From contig NW_021833443.1 in NCBI RefSeq assembly GCF_006345805.1, positions 1-64,000 on the forward strand: a stretch of 64,000 nucleotides of DNA, given 5' to 3'. Position numbers and translations under genes: made by a program. The number at the start of each line of letters is the position of its first letter. The stretch's first letter is position 1. This DNA comes from Octopus sinensis. Taxonomy: Eukaryota. The notes beneath the pieces were generated by a model that was not told where the DNA came from, did no database searches, and saw nothing but the letters and a program-made list of their open reading frames with translations. Below are positions 47,160 to 61,625 of this stretch, one piece after another.

Positions 47160-47480
47160 GGAAGCACTCCGTCGGTTACGACGACGAGGGTTCCGGTTGA
47201 TCCGAATCAACGGAACAGCCTGCTCGTGAAATTAACGTGTAAGTGGCTGAGCACTCCACAGACACGTGTACCCTTAACGTAGTTCTCGGGGATATTCAGC
47301 GTGACACAGAGAGTGACAAGGCTGGGTCCCTTTGAAATACAGGTACAACAGAAACAGGAAGTAAGAGTGAGAGAAAGTTGTGGTGAAAGAGTACAGCAGG
47401 GATCACCACCATCCCCTGCAGGAGCCTCGTGGAGCTTTTAGGTGTTTTCACTCAATAAACACAACGCTCAGTCTGGGACT
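47160..47480 (-). mobile_element. SINE family C, minus-strand copy lacking the head
   Basis: Reverse complement of the 47575-47957 body. Related copies with other heads at about 34905-35205, 44685-44980 and 51555-51810. Confidence 0.88.
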
Positions 47481-47574
47481 TTGTAAACTAAATATATCTA
47501 AAATAGTTTTGAGATATAGAGATAAGTGGCTGATATAGGTTTTAGAGTTTTGTCGTGGGGATAAGGGTCGTAAG

Positions 47575-47957
47575 TGGAGGCGCAATGGCCCAGTGGTTAG
47601 GGCAGCGGATTCGCGGTCGTAGGATCGTGGTTTCGATTCCCAGACTGGGCGTTGTGAGTGTTTATTGAGCGAAAACACCTAAAGCTCCACGAGGCTCCAG
47701 CAGGGGATGGTGGTGATCCCTGCTGTACTCTTTCACCACAACTTTCTCTCACTCTTACTTCCTGTTTCTGTTGTACCTGTATTTCAAAGGGCCGGCCTTG
47801 TCACTCTCTGTCTCATGCTGAATGTCCCCGAGAACTACGTTAAGGGTGCACGTGTCTGTGGAGTGCTCAGCCACTTGCACGTTAATTTCACAAGCAGGCT
47901 GTTCCGTTGATTCGGATCAACTGGAACCCTCGTCGTCGTAACCGACGGAGTGCTTCC
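47575..47957 (+). mobile_element. Full-length SINE family C with 12-bp TSD
   Basis: TSD AAGGGTCGTAAG at 47563-47574 and 47958-47969. Confidence 0.93.
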
Positions 47958-48489
47958 AAGGGTCGTAAGGGTAAGGGTCGTAAATCACTTCCTAGTTTCG
48001 GCGCGTGGGGACAGGTTGAAATTTGATATTGTTGTAATGAGTGGTCAGTCTACATCTATCCATCACTACAGGTTTATAGCTTTAAGTTTATAGTGTATGT
48101 GTGTGTGTGTGAGCGTGCATATACACACACACATACATACATACATACATACACACATGCGTACGTACATACATACATACATGCATGCATGCATGCGTGT
48201 GTACATGCATACACACATACATACGTACATATATATGACGAACTAACTGTTACTTCCTCAGATGCAGCACAGATTTTTGTCAGTGAACAGGTCGCAGTCT
48301 CAAAGCGACAAAAATATTTTGACAAATTAAACTTAAATGTTGAAGTGAATCGAACGGCTTTTGTGTGTTTCTTAAATGGCTTATAAACACCTTCCACGCT
48401 GCAATTGTTTTCGTTTCAGCACATGATCTCAGATCAAATCACTTGCTATGCAAGTACATCTCCGTAAATATATCTCTTTCTGTGTATAT

Positions 48490-49620
48490 ATAGCACTTGA
48501 AAGATATACATGGCGGCATAATCAAGTCCTCGGTGTCATAAGCGCAGCACTCAAGGAGAAGATCGAGAGGTACAATAGGGGTGAGTACCCAAAAGTAGAA
48601 AAGCGCAGGAAAGTATACTTCCACAAGGAGGGAAAAGGTTATAAAACCCGGCCTACAAGTAAAGTATACGAGATGGACGAAAGATGGAAGGGATACTGGG
48701 AGGTGGCCACAGATTTGGAAAGACAAGTAATGTTTCTACTAATAAAAACGACAAAAAGACCGGATTTAGTTCTTTGGAACAGAGACCGGAGAATGGGAAT
48801 TTTACTAGAACTGACAGTACCTTAGGAAGAGAACATCGGCAATGCAGAGGAACGAAAGAAGAAGTATGAAAAGCTAATCGAAGAATGCAGAGAACAGGGA
48901 TGGAATGTCGAATATTATCACCTGGCAGTGGGGGCTAGAGGCTTCATTGAAAAGAAAATGACAACGCTTTTCAAAAGATGATTTGTTTTTTCTAGCCCTG
49001 AGCTGCGTAAACTAATAAGGAGAGTACAGGAGGCGGTCGAAAAAGCCAGCTTCTATTTATGGCTGAAGCAGGAAGACCGAAAATGGCTTGAAAGTCATAA
49101 ACACACCGACGGGAAATAACATCATTAGGTGAGACAAGCTGACTGACAGGTGACGGTCGTTTAGAAAATGCGCGGGCTAAAACTATGCGCCTTCACTAGT
49201 CAGTTAAGGTGAGACAGTGTCACGTGACTACTTGCTGGGGCTGCCTGCTGGAGCCTAGCGGCAGGTATTTAAAGGGAGAAATTTGACAAGACAGTCAGTC
49301 ACCGGCTGACACTCGCTGACGATACATCGAAGAGTCCAGGGAACAGAAGAAAGAAGACATGCACCCAACACCAGAGCTGAAGACACCTCCAAAAAGGGGG
49401 AGCCCCGCCACGTCAAAACGGTAGAGGAGTAGGGGCCGAAACCGGACGTGGTTCCTCCTGATGATGTCTTGAGCTAACTAGATCCTATAAAGGAGCTGTT
49501 GTGGTAGCAGACCACGAAACACGGTTGTAATTCCTCTATAGACTGCTCAAAGCTTACTAACTCCCTAGACTTGGCTCCTTTGATCTTTCCATTATAATTC
49601 CACTGATATTTCCATTAATC
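48490..49620 (+). mobile_element. HERO-like RLE-bearing non-LTR retrotransposon 3' fragment with 3'UTR
   Basis: RYTWRHNQVL...KRPDLVLW...LELTVP(fs)WEENIGNAEERKKKKY...GARGF...EKASFYLW: a restriction-like endonuclease domain in the HERO style, with a frameshift and a stop. Confidence 0.8.
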
Positions 49621-50039
49621 CCTTGGTAGTTGGTTATTGGGGCACTGCAACCATGCAGCGTAACAAGGGCGAAAAAGCCTGGTGGAGCCCATCTCTCTCC
49701 AGGCTAAACTCATTTCTACAACTGAGGGGATTGGAGCAACGTGCAAATGAAGTGTTTTGCTCAAAAACACAACGCATCGCCCAGAGCAGGAATCGAAACT
49801 GCAACACCCCTAACCACAAAGGGATGTGCCTCGACTAGTGGTACTCATTTCTACAGCTGAACGGACTGGAGCAGAATGAATTGAAGTGTTTTGCTTAAGA
49901 ATACAATCCATCGCCCAATCCAGGAACTGAAACCACGATCAACCACAATCTTACGATTGTGAGTCCAACACCCTAACCACTACGCCACGCACCTCTGCAT
50001 CTTAGAATTACATAACATTATGTGATCTTACAATTACAT

Positions 50040-50991
50040 ACCATTGTGTGTATGTGTGTGTGTGTTTGTGGGTGTGTGCGTGAATGCATGCATGTATGTA
50101 TGTATGTATGTATGTATATGTATATATATGTATGTATATGTATGTATGTATATATATATGTATGTATGTATATATATATATTGTATGTATGTATGTATGT
50201 ATATATATATGTATGTATGTATGTATATATGTATATATGTATGTATATATATATGTATGTATGTGTATATATGTATGTTATATATATATATGTATGTATG
50301 TATATATGTATGTATGTATATATATATATATATTATATATATATATATTATATATATATAATATATGTATGTATATATATATATATGTATGTATGTATAT
50401 GTATGTATGTATGTATGCATGCATATATGCATGTATGTATGTATGCATGCATGTATGTTTATGCTAGTGTGTGTGTGTGTATGTATGTATGTGTGTATAC
50501 ACCCATACATACATACATACAGACAGACAGACAGACAGGTGAGTAGATATTTAACGAAAATGAAAGTTGTTGTTTTGCAGGGGGTGGGGGCAAAATACTT
50601 GACTAAATTACCAGGGTACTTGATTGTAGGCTGTCTTCATTTTCACTCATATCTTGGGTAAATCACTACAGGAAATCAACAGATACATACATATATAATA
50701 AATATATATACTCACACACACACATATATATCCATACACATATATATATATAATATATATATATATCATATAATATATGATTAATGTGTATATATATAAT
50801 ATATTTTATATATGTACATAATATATGTGTGTATATATATATGTGTGTGTGTTTGTGTGTGTGTGTGTACATTTATATATTATGTATAAATTATATATAT
50901 ATATTATATGACACTATATTTTATGTATATATATATATTACATATAGAAATAGGTAGAGATATAGATAGATGTATAGGTATAGAGATGGAT

Positions 50992-51051
<60 letters not shown>

Positions 51052-51308
51052 ATAATAATATTAGGGAATAAATCCAAACTTACAGGGAAAAATTAGATTT
51101 AGGATTAAATCCAATTTTATAGTATAAATATATTATATTATATTAAATTAATTTTATGTATTGGCTTATGTTTTTCACTGTTTGATTTGCCTAATAGTGG
51201 TTTTATCTCTAATTTAATATAATATATATATATAGATAGATAGATAGAGAGATATATAGATAGATAGATAGATAGATTAATAGATAGATAGATAGATAGG
51301 TAGGTAGG

Positions 51309-51372
<64 letters not shown>

Positions 51373-51399
51373 CAGATAGACAGATAGATAGGTAGATAA

Positions 51400-51430
<31 letters not shown>
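50040..51430. repeat. (TA/TG/TATG)n and (GATA)n microsatellite blocks
   Basis: Direct reading. Confidence 0.95.
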
Positions 51431-53159
51431 TAAATATTCTCCCAGTATACGCAATTGAGAAAAAATTACAGAGTCACCCGTGTATCATACTCAATGTATA
51501 CACACAACTGTCAATAAGATCAGTTAGTTCCTATATCTCTTATGTGAAGCCACATGGACATTCGGCTCGCAACTGTAAGGTCGTGAGTTCAATTCCTGGT
51601 GATGCATTGTGTCCATGAACAAGACACTTTATTTCTTGCTGCTCAGTCCACTTGGCTGGCAAAAATGAGTTGTACCTGAATCACCCTGAGAACTACGTTA
51701 AAGCTACATGTGTCTGTGGAGTGCTCAGCCACTTGCATGTTAATTTCACAAATAGCCTTTTCCATTGATCAGATCAATTGGAAATCTTATCATAATCAAT
51801 GGAGCACCAATTACATTTCTTACGGACATGCTGTTTCAAAAACACAGACAGGGGCATAAATTCATTCCAGTAGGGGCCAGCAAGAGCTCCAGATGCATTT
51901 CAGTCTTTTAGGGCCTTCTAAATGGACAGTACTTGCAACCAGTGACATGCTCAAAGAATTTGTCATCTCTGAAACACAAAAAAGTGAAAAAAACATTCAC
52001 TGATGTTGCAAACAGCTGCTTAGTTGAATAAAAATCCAATTTATGCAACCGAAGCAGAATTTAATTAAAACAGCCATTCCTGTCATCATCATCATCATCA
52101 TCGTTTAATGTCCGCTTTCCATGCTAGCATGGGTTGGACGGTTCAACTAGGGTCTGGGAAGCCCGAAGGCTGCACCAGGCCAGTCAGATCTGGCAGTGTT
52201 TCTACAGCTGGATGCCCTTCCTAACGCCAACCACTCCAAGAGTGTAGTGGGTGATTTTATGTGCCACCGACACAAGTGCCAGACGAAGCTGGCAAACGGC
52301 CACGCGCGGATGGTGTTTTTTATGTGCCACCGACACAGGTGCCAGACGAGGCTGGCGAACAGCCAAGCTCGGATGGTGTTTTTTATGTGCCACCGACACA
52401 GGTGCCAGACGAGGCTGGCGAATGGCCACGCTCAGATGGTGTTTTTTATGTGCCACCAACACAGGTGCCAGACGAGGCTGGCGAACGGCCACGATCGGAT
52501 GGTGTTTGTTACATGCCCACAGCACCTGTATCATACAAAAAGTATACAAATTGTCAATAGGCCCATTACTGCATTTTTTCGTCCTAGAAAATCTTTTATG
52601 TATTGTGTTAAAAATGCAATAAACATCCAAGAGAGATGGAAATTCATTCCAGCTGAGACCAGTGAGAGCTCCAGATACATTTCATTCTTTTGAGCCCTTC
52701 TAAGTGGATAGTACTTGTAGTCAGCCTGATGTCTGGATAAGAATCTATCACCTCTGATACAAGAATAAAGTGGATAAAATGTCCACTGATTGTAAGCAAT
52801 GAATGCAATTAATATGTTTGTACCAGCTGCCAGGAATATGTTTGATATGCAAATTGGTCTATCCAATAGCGTTACACTGTTAAGCTTAGTGGCTGTTTGA
52901 GCAATGAATTTGTGGATGGTTAATGAATTGGGTGTGATACTGATGAAAGCACAGCGACTCCTGAAATATGCATATACACCTACTACCTTTTCATGAAATT
53001 TGGGCCAACTTTTCACTGTCTTCATGTTAATGTAACAAGAAATGCCCGTACAAGTGAAAGGTGATTACATTCAAGTAAAAATGATCTCTGTGTTTTTAAC
53101 ATGTATTGAGTTCTTCGAGGAGTAGTGGCCATCTTATCTTTTAGCTATGGTATTCAGAG

Positions 53160-53388
53160 TGGTAGGTGGGTGGATGGATAAGTATAATAGATATAGGTAG
53201 TTGGATAGACTGACAGACAGACAGACAGGCTGACAGACAGACAGACAGATGGATGGATAGATGGATGGGTAGGTAGATAGATAGATAGATAGACAGGTGG
53301 ATGGATAGATAGATGGATAGATAAATAGATGGATAGATAGATAGATTGGTAGATAGATAGATAGAAAGATAGATAGATAGATAGATAC

Positions 53389-53454
<66 letters not shown>

Positions 53455-53460
53455 GGATAA

Positions 53461-53513
<53 letters not shown>

Positions 53514-53768
53514 GAGATAGATAGATCAATAGATAGATAGACAGACAGATAGATAGGTAGATAGATAAACATTCTGACAGATATTGATATATGGAGAGAT
53601 ATAAGGACAGGCAGACATAAAGATCAATAGACAAACAGTAAGATGAATAAATCGATAGATGAATAGATAGATGGACTGACAGACAGATAGATAGATGGGT
53701 AGCTAGACTGATAGATAGATAAGTATAAAATTATCTTAAGAGAGCCAGGGAAGTTCGAAATTTGAAAC

Positions 53769-53848
<80 letters not shown>

Positions 53849-53880
53849 ATAGCAGCAGCAGTAGTAGTAGTAGTAGTTTC
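53160..53880. repeat. (GATA)n and (AGT)n microsatellites
   Basis: Direct reading. Confidence 0.95.
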
Positions 53881-54579
53881 AAATTTTGGCACAAGGCCAG
53901 TAATTTCAGGGGAGGGGTAAGTCAATTACACTGACCCCAGTATTCAACTAGTACCAATTTTATCCAGCCCAAAAGGGATTTCATTATCTATCTATCTACC
54001 TATTTATCTATCTATCTATCCATCTATCTTTTCGTCTATCTATCTTTCTCTCTCTATCTATCAATCTAATATGAATATGTCCCTCGTTTAAGAAATAGAT
54101 TGGGTTTATTTACATTTCTGAAGAAAAAAAAGATACCCTTCCCCCACCCCTAACCCTAACACAGATTGAAATGCAATAGATCGATACTAGGGTCATAATT
54201 ATGGGTGACAATTTCATATGACACCGCTAGAAAAAACTGCCATTCAAACCGAAAAGATCCGAATATTGTAGTTGCAAAACAAAACACTGTCCCTATAAGC
54301 AATGAATGCAATTAATATGTTTGTACCAGTTGCCAGGAATATGTTTGATATGCAAATTGGTCTATCCAATAGCGTTACACTGTTAAGCTTAGTGGCTGTT
54401 TGAGCAATGAATTTGTGGATGGTCAATGAATTGGGTGTGATACTGATGAAAGCACAGCGACTCCTGAAATATGCATATACACCTATTACCTGTTTTTCTA
54501 TCTTTCATGGAATTTTTTTACATAGATGTATTCATATACAAAATGTTGTAACTTTCAGTGCTGGCTCTGAATTCTAGAG

Positions 54580-55500
54580 AAAACTTTAAGAGATACACTT
54601 CAGAAAAGTGAGGTAAGAATAGAAATGGGAAAGTTACTGAAACAGTAGGAGAATTCAAGAAAAGAAGGAAAAACAACAGAACAAGTAGCTGTAAAGAGAA
54701 GGAATTAATTACATGGTCAATTCATGCAACAAACCGAGGATGTTGGAAGTAAAAAAACACTGGTTGTGACTGATGGATGGAAACCTGAAATGAGAAACCG
54801 AATCGCTAATTATAGCTACTCAGGCACAAGTCATTAAGATGAATGTGATAAAGGCAAAAATTGATGAAACCCAGTCAGACAACAAATGCAGAATTTATGG
54901 GAAAGGAGATGAAAGTATCATCCATCACTTGAGCAAATGCAGAAAGCTAGCATGAAAAGAGTATAAGCACAGGTATGACTGCAAAGGTAAAAGAGTGCAT
55001 TGGGATGTTAGCTGAGTGTGTGGCTTTGAAATAACAAGAAAGTGGTAAGAACAAATCGAATCAGAGGCTGCAAATGAGAATAAGAATTATAGGATTGTAT
55101 GGGACTTCTCTGACCATACAATTGAAGCAAGAATATCAGAAATGATTATAGAAGACAAAATAAACAGTGTAAGATCATAAGGCTTAGAAATACCAAATGA
55201 TTATGGAGTGAATGGATACCAAAGGAGTTGTAAAACTTGAGAAATATCAGGGCCTTGTCAGAAAGATGAGGAGATTGTAGAGAACGAAGATGATAATTAT
55301 TTCTGTGATAATTGATGCATTTGACCCAACACCCAAAATACTCTTTAAAAGACTGACACTGAAACCCACAATGCTGATCTGCAGGAAAGTGCCTTTCTAT
55401 ATTCAGTAAGAATCTTAAGAAAGATTCTTCAGGTTTGAAGGTACTTGTCACCAAACCTCAAGATAAAATACCTGCTAACTAAATGAATAATAATAATAAT
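54580..55500 (+). mobile_element. Heavily decayed Dong/R4-like LINE 3' region ending in (AAT)n
   Basis: LHGQFM...ETESLIIATQAQ...KCRIYGKGDESIIHHLSKCRKLA*KEYKHRYD (CCHC-like zinc knuckle) with many stops. Confidence 0.75.
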
Positions 55501-57327
55501 CATAGGCCCTGATGCAGTTCGAGACAGTGGCTTTCATGGCTTCTGATCTTAACTGATTGGAAGTGTTATCATGTAAATTGTTTTGTCTTGGTATAAAAGA
55601 TGGGCTACAGCAAATATTCTGCTCAATACCACAGATTTGCTTGTCAGTTGTTTGACCTTAACCAGTTGAACATGTCCCTCAGTGGCTGACGATATGTGCA
55701 TCTCTGATCACGAGCAGAAGTAGTGGGGGAGCATCATGGCCATGTGTTGAAAGGAATTGTTAGAGGTTTGGATAATTCACCTCTGGAAACATGGGTGGTT
55801 CGTTCAACATCCTTAAACAACCCTTATTCAGGGACCTTTTGAGCAGGATGGGCTACTCGACCAGAAGAAAATTGTAACTGGGCCCCAACTGCAAGGTCAT
55901 GTGCTGTTTATCTTGATATGATATATCCATTTCATGCACATATGGTTGTGATGCATGTGTCTGGTGTACCCTTATCAGACGGGTAGTCATGATGGGTATA
56001 CTGGGCTTCGTACATTTGTACCCCAGTGTCACTTTGATGGCATGAACTGCTCTCTCACTCAATAAATAATAATAATAATAATAATAATAATGATAATCCT
56101 TTCTACAATAGACACAAGGCCTGAAATTTTAGGAGAGGGAGTAAGTCAATCACATCGACCCCAGTACATCACAGGTACTTAATATATCTACCACGAAAGG
56201 ATGAAAGGCAAAGCCAACCTCGGCAGAATTTGAACTCAGAATATTTATCTGAATTATTTTTAACTAATCATTTATCATCTCATGGCTTTGAGATTTTAAT
56301 AATGTGATTGTTTTTTTTTTTTTGAATGACATTGTAGGACAGGTATGAAAGGCAGAATCTAGCCATTTTGAACATAAAACAGGGAAAATATTTTGGCCAG
56401 ATACAGCCGGTTTAAATGCTAAAGGGTTAAAGGCAGATTGTATGAGACTTGTGTACAAAGTGCAGTGCTGCATGGTAGCACAGTACAAGGTTTGAATCAT
56501 CATCATCATCGTTTAACGTCTGTTTTCCATGCTAGCATGGGTTGGACGGTTCGACTGGGGTCTGGGAAGCCAGGAGGCTGCACCAGGCTCCAGTCTGATC
56601 TGGCAGTGTTTCTACAGCTAGATGCCCTTTTTATGCCAACCACTCTGGGTGTAGTGGGTGCTTTTTACGTGCCACCGGCACAGGTGCCAGGGGAGGTTGG
56701 CGAACGGCCACGCTCGGATGGTGCTTTTTACATGCCACCGGCACAGGTGCCAGGGGAGGCTGGCGAACGGCCACGTTCGGATGGTGCTTTTTACATGCCA
56801 CCGGCACAGGTGCCAGGGAGCTGGCAACAGCCACGATCGGTTAGTGCTTTTTATGTGCCACTGGCATGGAAGCCAGTCGTGGCAGCGCTGGCATCGGCCA
56901 CGTTGAGATGGTGCTTTTTACGTACCACCGGCACAGGGATCACAACTACAATTTCCATTTGATTTTTATTTTGATGTTGATGTACTTGACCCAATAGGTC
57001 TCCTCAAGCACATGCAGAGGATAATAGAAAGACTAGGCTACAAAGCAAACAGGATTGTGTATGAAATACAATGCCATATAAAAATGAAGCAGGTTTTGCT
57101 GGTTGCGTAATGTCAATGTGCTTGGACGACAGAATACAAATGAATAGAGAGACAAAAGCAAATTGGGTTCAAAGCAAATTGTATGATACTTGTGTACAGA
57201 GTGCAGTGCTGCAGGGTAGCAAGGTAGTAGGTTTGAATGCAGAAGAGGATTTCAGAAAGTTGAGATTGCCCCCCCTCCACCAAACATCTCACCCTCTTTG
57301 TACCTCATAAACCATATCTGCCTCTGC

Positions 57328-60300
57328 AGATGTCAATGGAATTATAATAGAAGACTAACACTAACTTTACCTTTCATTGTTGTGGGGTTGGTAAAATAAA
57401 GTAGCAGTGATATACTGGGGTAGATTTAATATTCCTATAAAACATCTGAGATGTCAATGGAATTATAATAGAAGACTAACACTAACTTTACCTTTCATTG
57501 TTGTGGGGTTGATAAAATAAAGTAGCAGTGATATACTGGGGTAGATTTAATATTCCTATAAAACATCCAAGATGTCAATGGAATTATAATAGAAGACTAA
57601 CACTAACTTTACCTTTCATTGTTGTGGGGTTGATAAAATAAAGTAGCAGTGATATACTGGGGTAGATTTAATATTCCTATAAAGCATCCGAGATGTCAAT
57701 GGAATTATAATAGAAACTAACATTAACTTTACCTTTCATGTTGTGGGGTTGATAAAATAAAGTAGCAGTGATATACTGGGGTAGATTTAATATTCCTATA
57801 AAACATCCGAGATGTCAATGGAATTATAATAGAAGACTAACACTAACTTTACCTTTCATTGTTGTGGGGTTGATAAAATAAAGTAGCAGTGATATACTGG
57901 GGTAGATTTAATATTCATATAAAACATCCAAGATGTCAATGGAATTATAATAGAAACTAACACTAACTTTACCTTTCATTGTTGGGGGGTTGATAAAATA
58001 AAGTAGCAGTGATATACTGGGGTAGATTTAATATTCATATAAAATATCCAAGATGTCAATGGAATTATAATAGAAGACTAACACTAACTTTACCTTTCAT
58101 TGTTGTGGGGTTGGTAAAATAAAGTAGCAGTGATATACTGGGGTAGATTTAATATTCCTATAAAACATCTGAGATGTCAATGGAATTATAATAGAAGACT
58201 AACACTAACTTTACCTTTCATTGTTGTGGGGTTGATAAAATAAAGTAGCAGTGATATACTGGGGTAGATTTAATATTCCTATAAAGCATCCGAGATGTCA
58301 ATGGAATTATAATAGAAGACTAACATTAACTTTACCTTTCATTGTTGTGGGGTTGATAAAATAAAGTAGCAGTGATATACTGGGGTAGATTTAATATTCC
58401 TATAAAACATCCAAGATGTCAATGGAATTATAATAGAAGACTAACACTAACTTTACCTTTCATTGTTGTGGGGTTGATAAAATAAAGTAGCAGTGATATA
58501 CTGGGGTAGATTTAATATTCCTATAAAGCATCCGAGATGTCAATGGAATTATAATAGAAGACTAACATTAACTTTACCTTTCATTGTTGTGGGGTTGATA
58601 AAATAAAGTAGCAGTGATATACTGGGGTAGATTTAATATTCCTATAAAACATCCGAGATGTCAATGGAATTATAATAGAAGACTAACACTAACTTTACCT
58701 TTCATTGTTGTGGGGTTGATAAAATAAAGTAGCAGTGATATACTGGGGTAGATTTAATATTCATATAAAACATCCAAGATGTCAATGGAATTATAATAGA
58801 AGACTAACACTAACTTTACCTTTCATTGTTGTGGGGTTGATAAAATAAAGTAGCAGTGATATACTGGGGTAGATTTAATATTCATATAAAATATCCAAGA
58901 TGTCAATGGAATTATAATAGAAGACTAACACTAACTTTACCTTTCATTGTTGTGGGGTTGGTAAAATAAAGTAGCAGTGATATACTGGGGTAGATTTAAT
59001 ATTCCTATAAAACATCTGAGATGTCAATGGAATTATAATAGAAGACTAACATAACTTTACCTTTCATTGTTGTGGGGTTGATAAAATAAGTAGCAGTGAT
59101 ATACTGGGGTAGATTTAATATTCCTATAAAGCATCCGAGATGTCAATGGAATTATAATAGAAGACTAACATTAACTTTACCTTTCATTGTTGTGGGGTTG
59201 ATAAAATAAAGTAGCAGTGATATACTGGGGTAGATTTAATATTCCTATAAAACATCCAAGATGTCAATGGAATTATAATAGAAGACTAACACTAACTTTA
59301 CCTTTCATTGTTGTGGGGTTGATAAAATAAAGTAGCAGTGATATACTGGGGTAGATTTAATATTCCTATAAAGCATCCGAGATGTCAATGGAATTATAAT
59401 AGAAGACTAACACTAACTTTACCTTTCATTGTTGTGGGGTTGATAAAATAAAGTAGCAGTGATATACTGGGGTAGATTTAATATTCCTATAAAGCATCCG
59501 AGATGTCAATGGAATTATAATAGAAGACTAACATTAACTTTACCTTTCATTGTTGTGGGGTTGATAAAATAAAGTAGCAGTGATATACTGGGGTAGATTT
59601 AATATTCCTATAAAACATCCAAGATGTCAATGGAATTATAATAGAAGACTAACACTAACTTTACCTTTCATTGTGTGGGGTGGTAAAATAAAGTAGCAGT
59701 GATATACTGGGGTAGATTTAATATTCCTATAAAGCATCCGAGATGTCAATGAATTATAATAGAAGACTAACACTAACTTTACCTTTCATTGTTGTGGGGT
59801 TGATAAAATAAAGTAGCAGTGATATACTGGGGTAGATTTAATATTCCTATAAAGCATCCGAGATGTCAATGGAATTATAATAGAAGACTAACATTAACTT
59901 TACCTTTCATTGTTGTGGGGTTGATAAAATAAAGTAGCAGTGATATACTGGGGTAGATTTAATATCCTATAAAGCATCCGAGATGTCAATGGAATTATAA
60001 TAGAAGACTAACATTAACTTTACCTTTCATTGTTGTGGGGTTGATAAAATAAAGTAGCAGTGATATACTGGGGTAGATTTAATATTCCTATAAAACATCC
60101 AAGATGTCAATGGAATTATAATAGAAGACTAACACTAACTTTACCTTTCATTGTTGTGGGGTTGGTAAAATAAAGTAGCAGTGATATACTGGGGTAGATT
60201 TAATATTCCTATAAAGCATCCGAGATGTCAATGGAATTATAATAGAAGACTAACACTAACTTTACCTTTCATTGTTGTGGGGTTGGTAAAATAAAGTAGC

Positions 60301-60797
60301 AGTGATATACTGGGGTAGATTTAATATTCCTATAAAACATCCGAGATGTCAATGGAATTATAATAGAAGACTAACACTAACTTTACCTTTCATTGTTGTG
60401 GGGTGGATAAAATAAAGTAGCAGTGATATACTGGGGTAGATTTAATATTCCTATAAAACATCCCAGATGTCAATGGAATTATAATAGAAGACTAACACTA
60501 ACTTTACCTTTCATTGCTGTGGGGTTGATAAAATAAAGTAGCAGTGAAATACTGGGGTAGATTTAATATTCCTATAAAATATCCAAGATGTCAATGGGTT
60601 TATAATAGAAGACTAACACTAACTTTACCTTTCATTGTTGTGGAGTTGGTAAAATAAAGTAGCAGTGATATACTGGGGTAGATTTAATATTCCTATAAAA
60701 CATCCGAGATGTCAATGGAATTATAATAGAAGACTAACACTAACTTTACCTTTCAGTGCTGTGGGGTTGATAAAATAAAGTAGCAGTGAAATACTGG
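57328..60797 (+). repeat. 121-bp satellite, about 29 copies, derived from the family B SINE core
   Basis: tgtcaatgg recurs at 57331, 57452 and onward; the unit contains actttacctttcattgttgtggggttgataaaataaagtagcagtgatatactggggtagatttaat. Confidence 0.96.
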
Positions 60798-61625
60798 TTG
60801 GACTGATTTTTGATTTTGTTTTGGGGACTGGGTGCTAAACTAGATCCTGAAAGTTAAAGACGGAAAAAATCACATCGTGTGAATTTCCGAAATCCTCTCC
60901 CCATCCCTTCAGAAAGCATTTCCCCCAGAAATTTCTTTATAACTGTAATCTATGCCTTTAGAACGATATTTCTTATAAAATTTCAATAATATAGATCCAT
61001 TTTCCTGAAAGTTATGAGGGAAAAATCGGATCGTGTGAATTTTCCAAAAGTCCCCTTCGCCATTCGTTTGCGGAAATTTTCGTTTTTGTATTCATTTACT
61101 ACACGCTTTTTTACACCCAATAGACTAGGGGTTTTTGTTGTTTTGGTGACCGGGAGTTGAACTACATATATTAACCGGGTATTTTTATAGTTACCATTAA
61201 ACTTGCAGTACTTGCCACGTTAGAATGTCAACACAGACAGATTACCACCACATACTCTCTTTACTCTTTTACTTGTTTCAGTCATTTGACTGCGGCCATG
61301 CTGGAGCACCGCCTTTAGTCGAGCAATCAACCCTGGGACTTATTCTTTGTAAGCCCAGTACTTATTCGGATTTACTAACAGTTCTATTATTCCTAAACAT
61401 ACTAAAACTATTCTCCTTTTCTATATAATCCTCTCGTTTGCTGGTTTCCCCCGAAGAAGACGCCAATGAAGAAGGGAAACAAAGTGGATGAAGACGAAGT
61501 GTTAGAAAAAATACAAGGAAAAAAGAAGGGCAGGGTGGAATTCTGCTTCATACACCCAATATAACCCCTCATAAATATTCTTTTATTTTTTTGAATTTTC
61601 AGAAATTTTTTGCAAATGTGTGTTC

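Noticed and set aside
49435-49545. CTGATGA and CGAAAC motifs in the HERO-like 3'UTR as a hammerhead
   Set aside because: Stem I cannot form in any permutation I tried, and the stem II closing pair is absent.
52531-53025. 164-aa minus-strand ORF
   Set aside because: It lies in a repeat that recurs at about 54290-54530 and in part at about 51820-52080, and has no recognisable domain or splice context.
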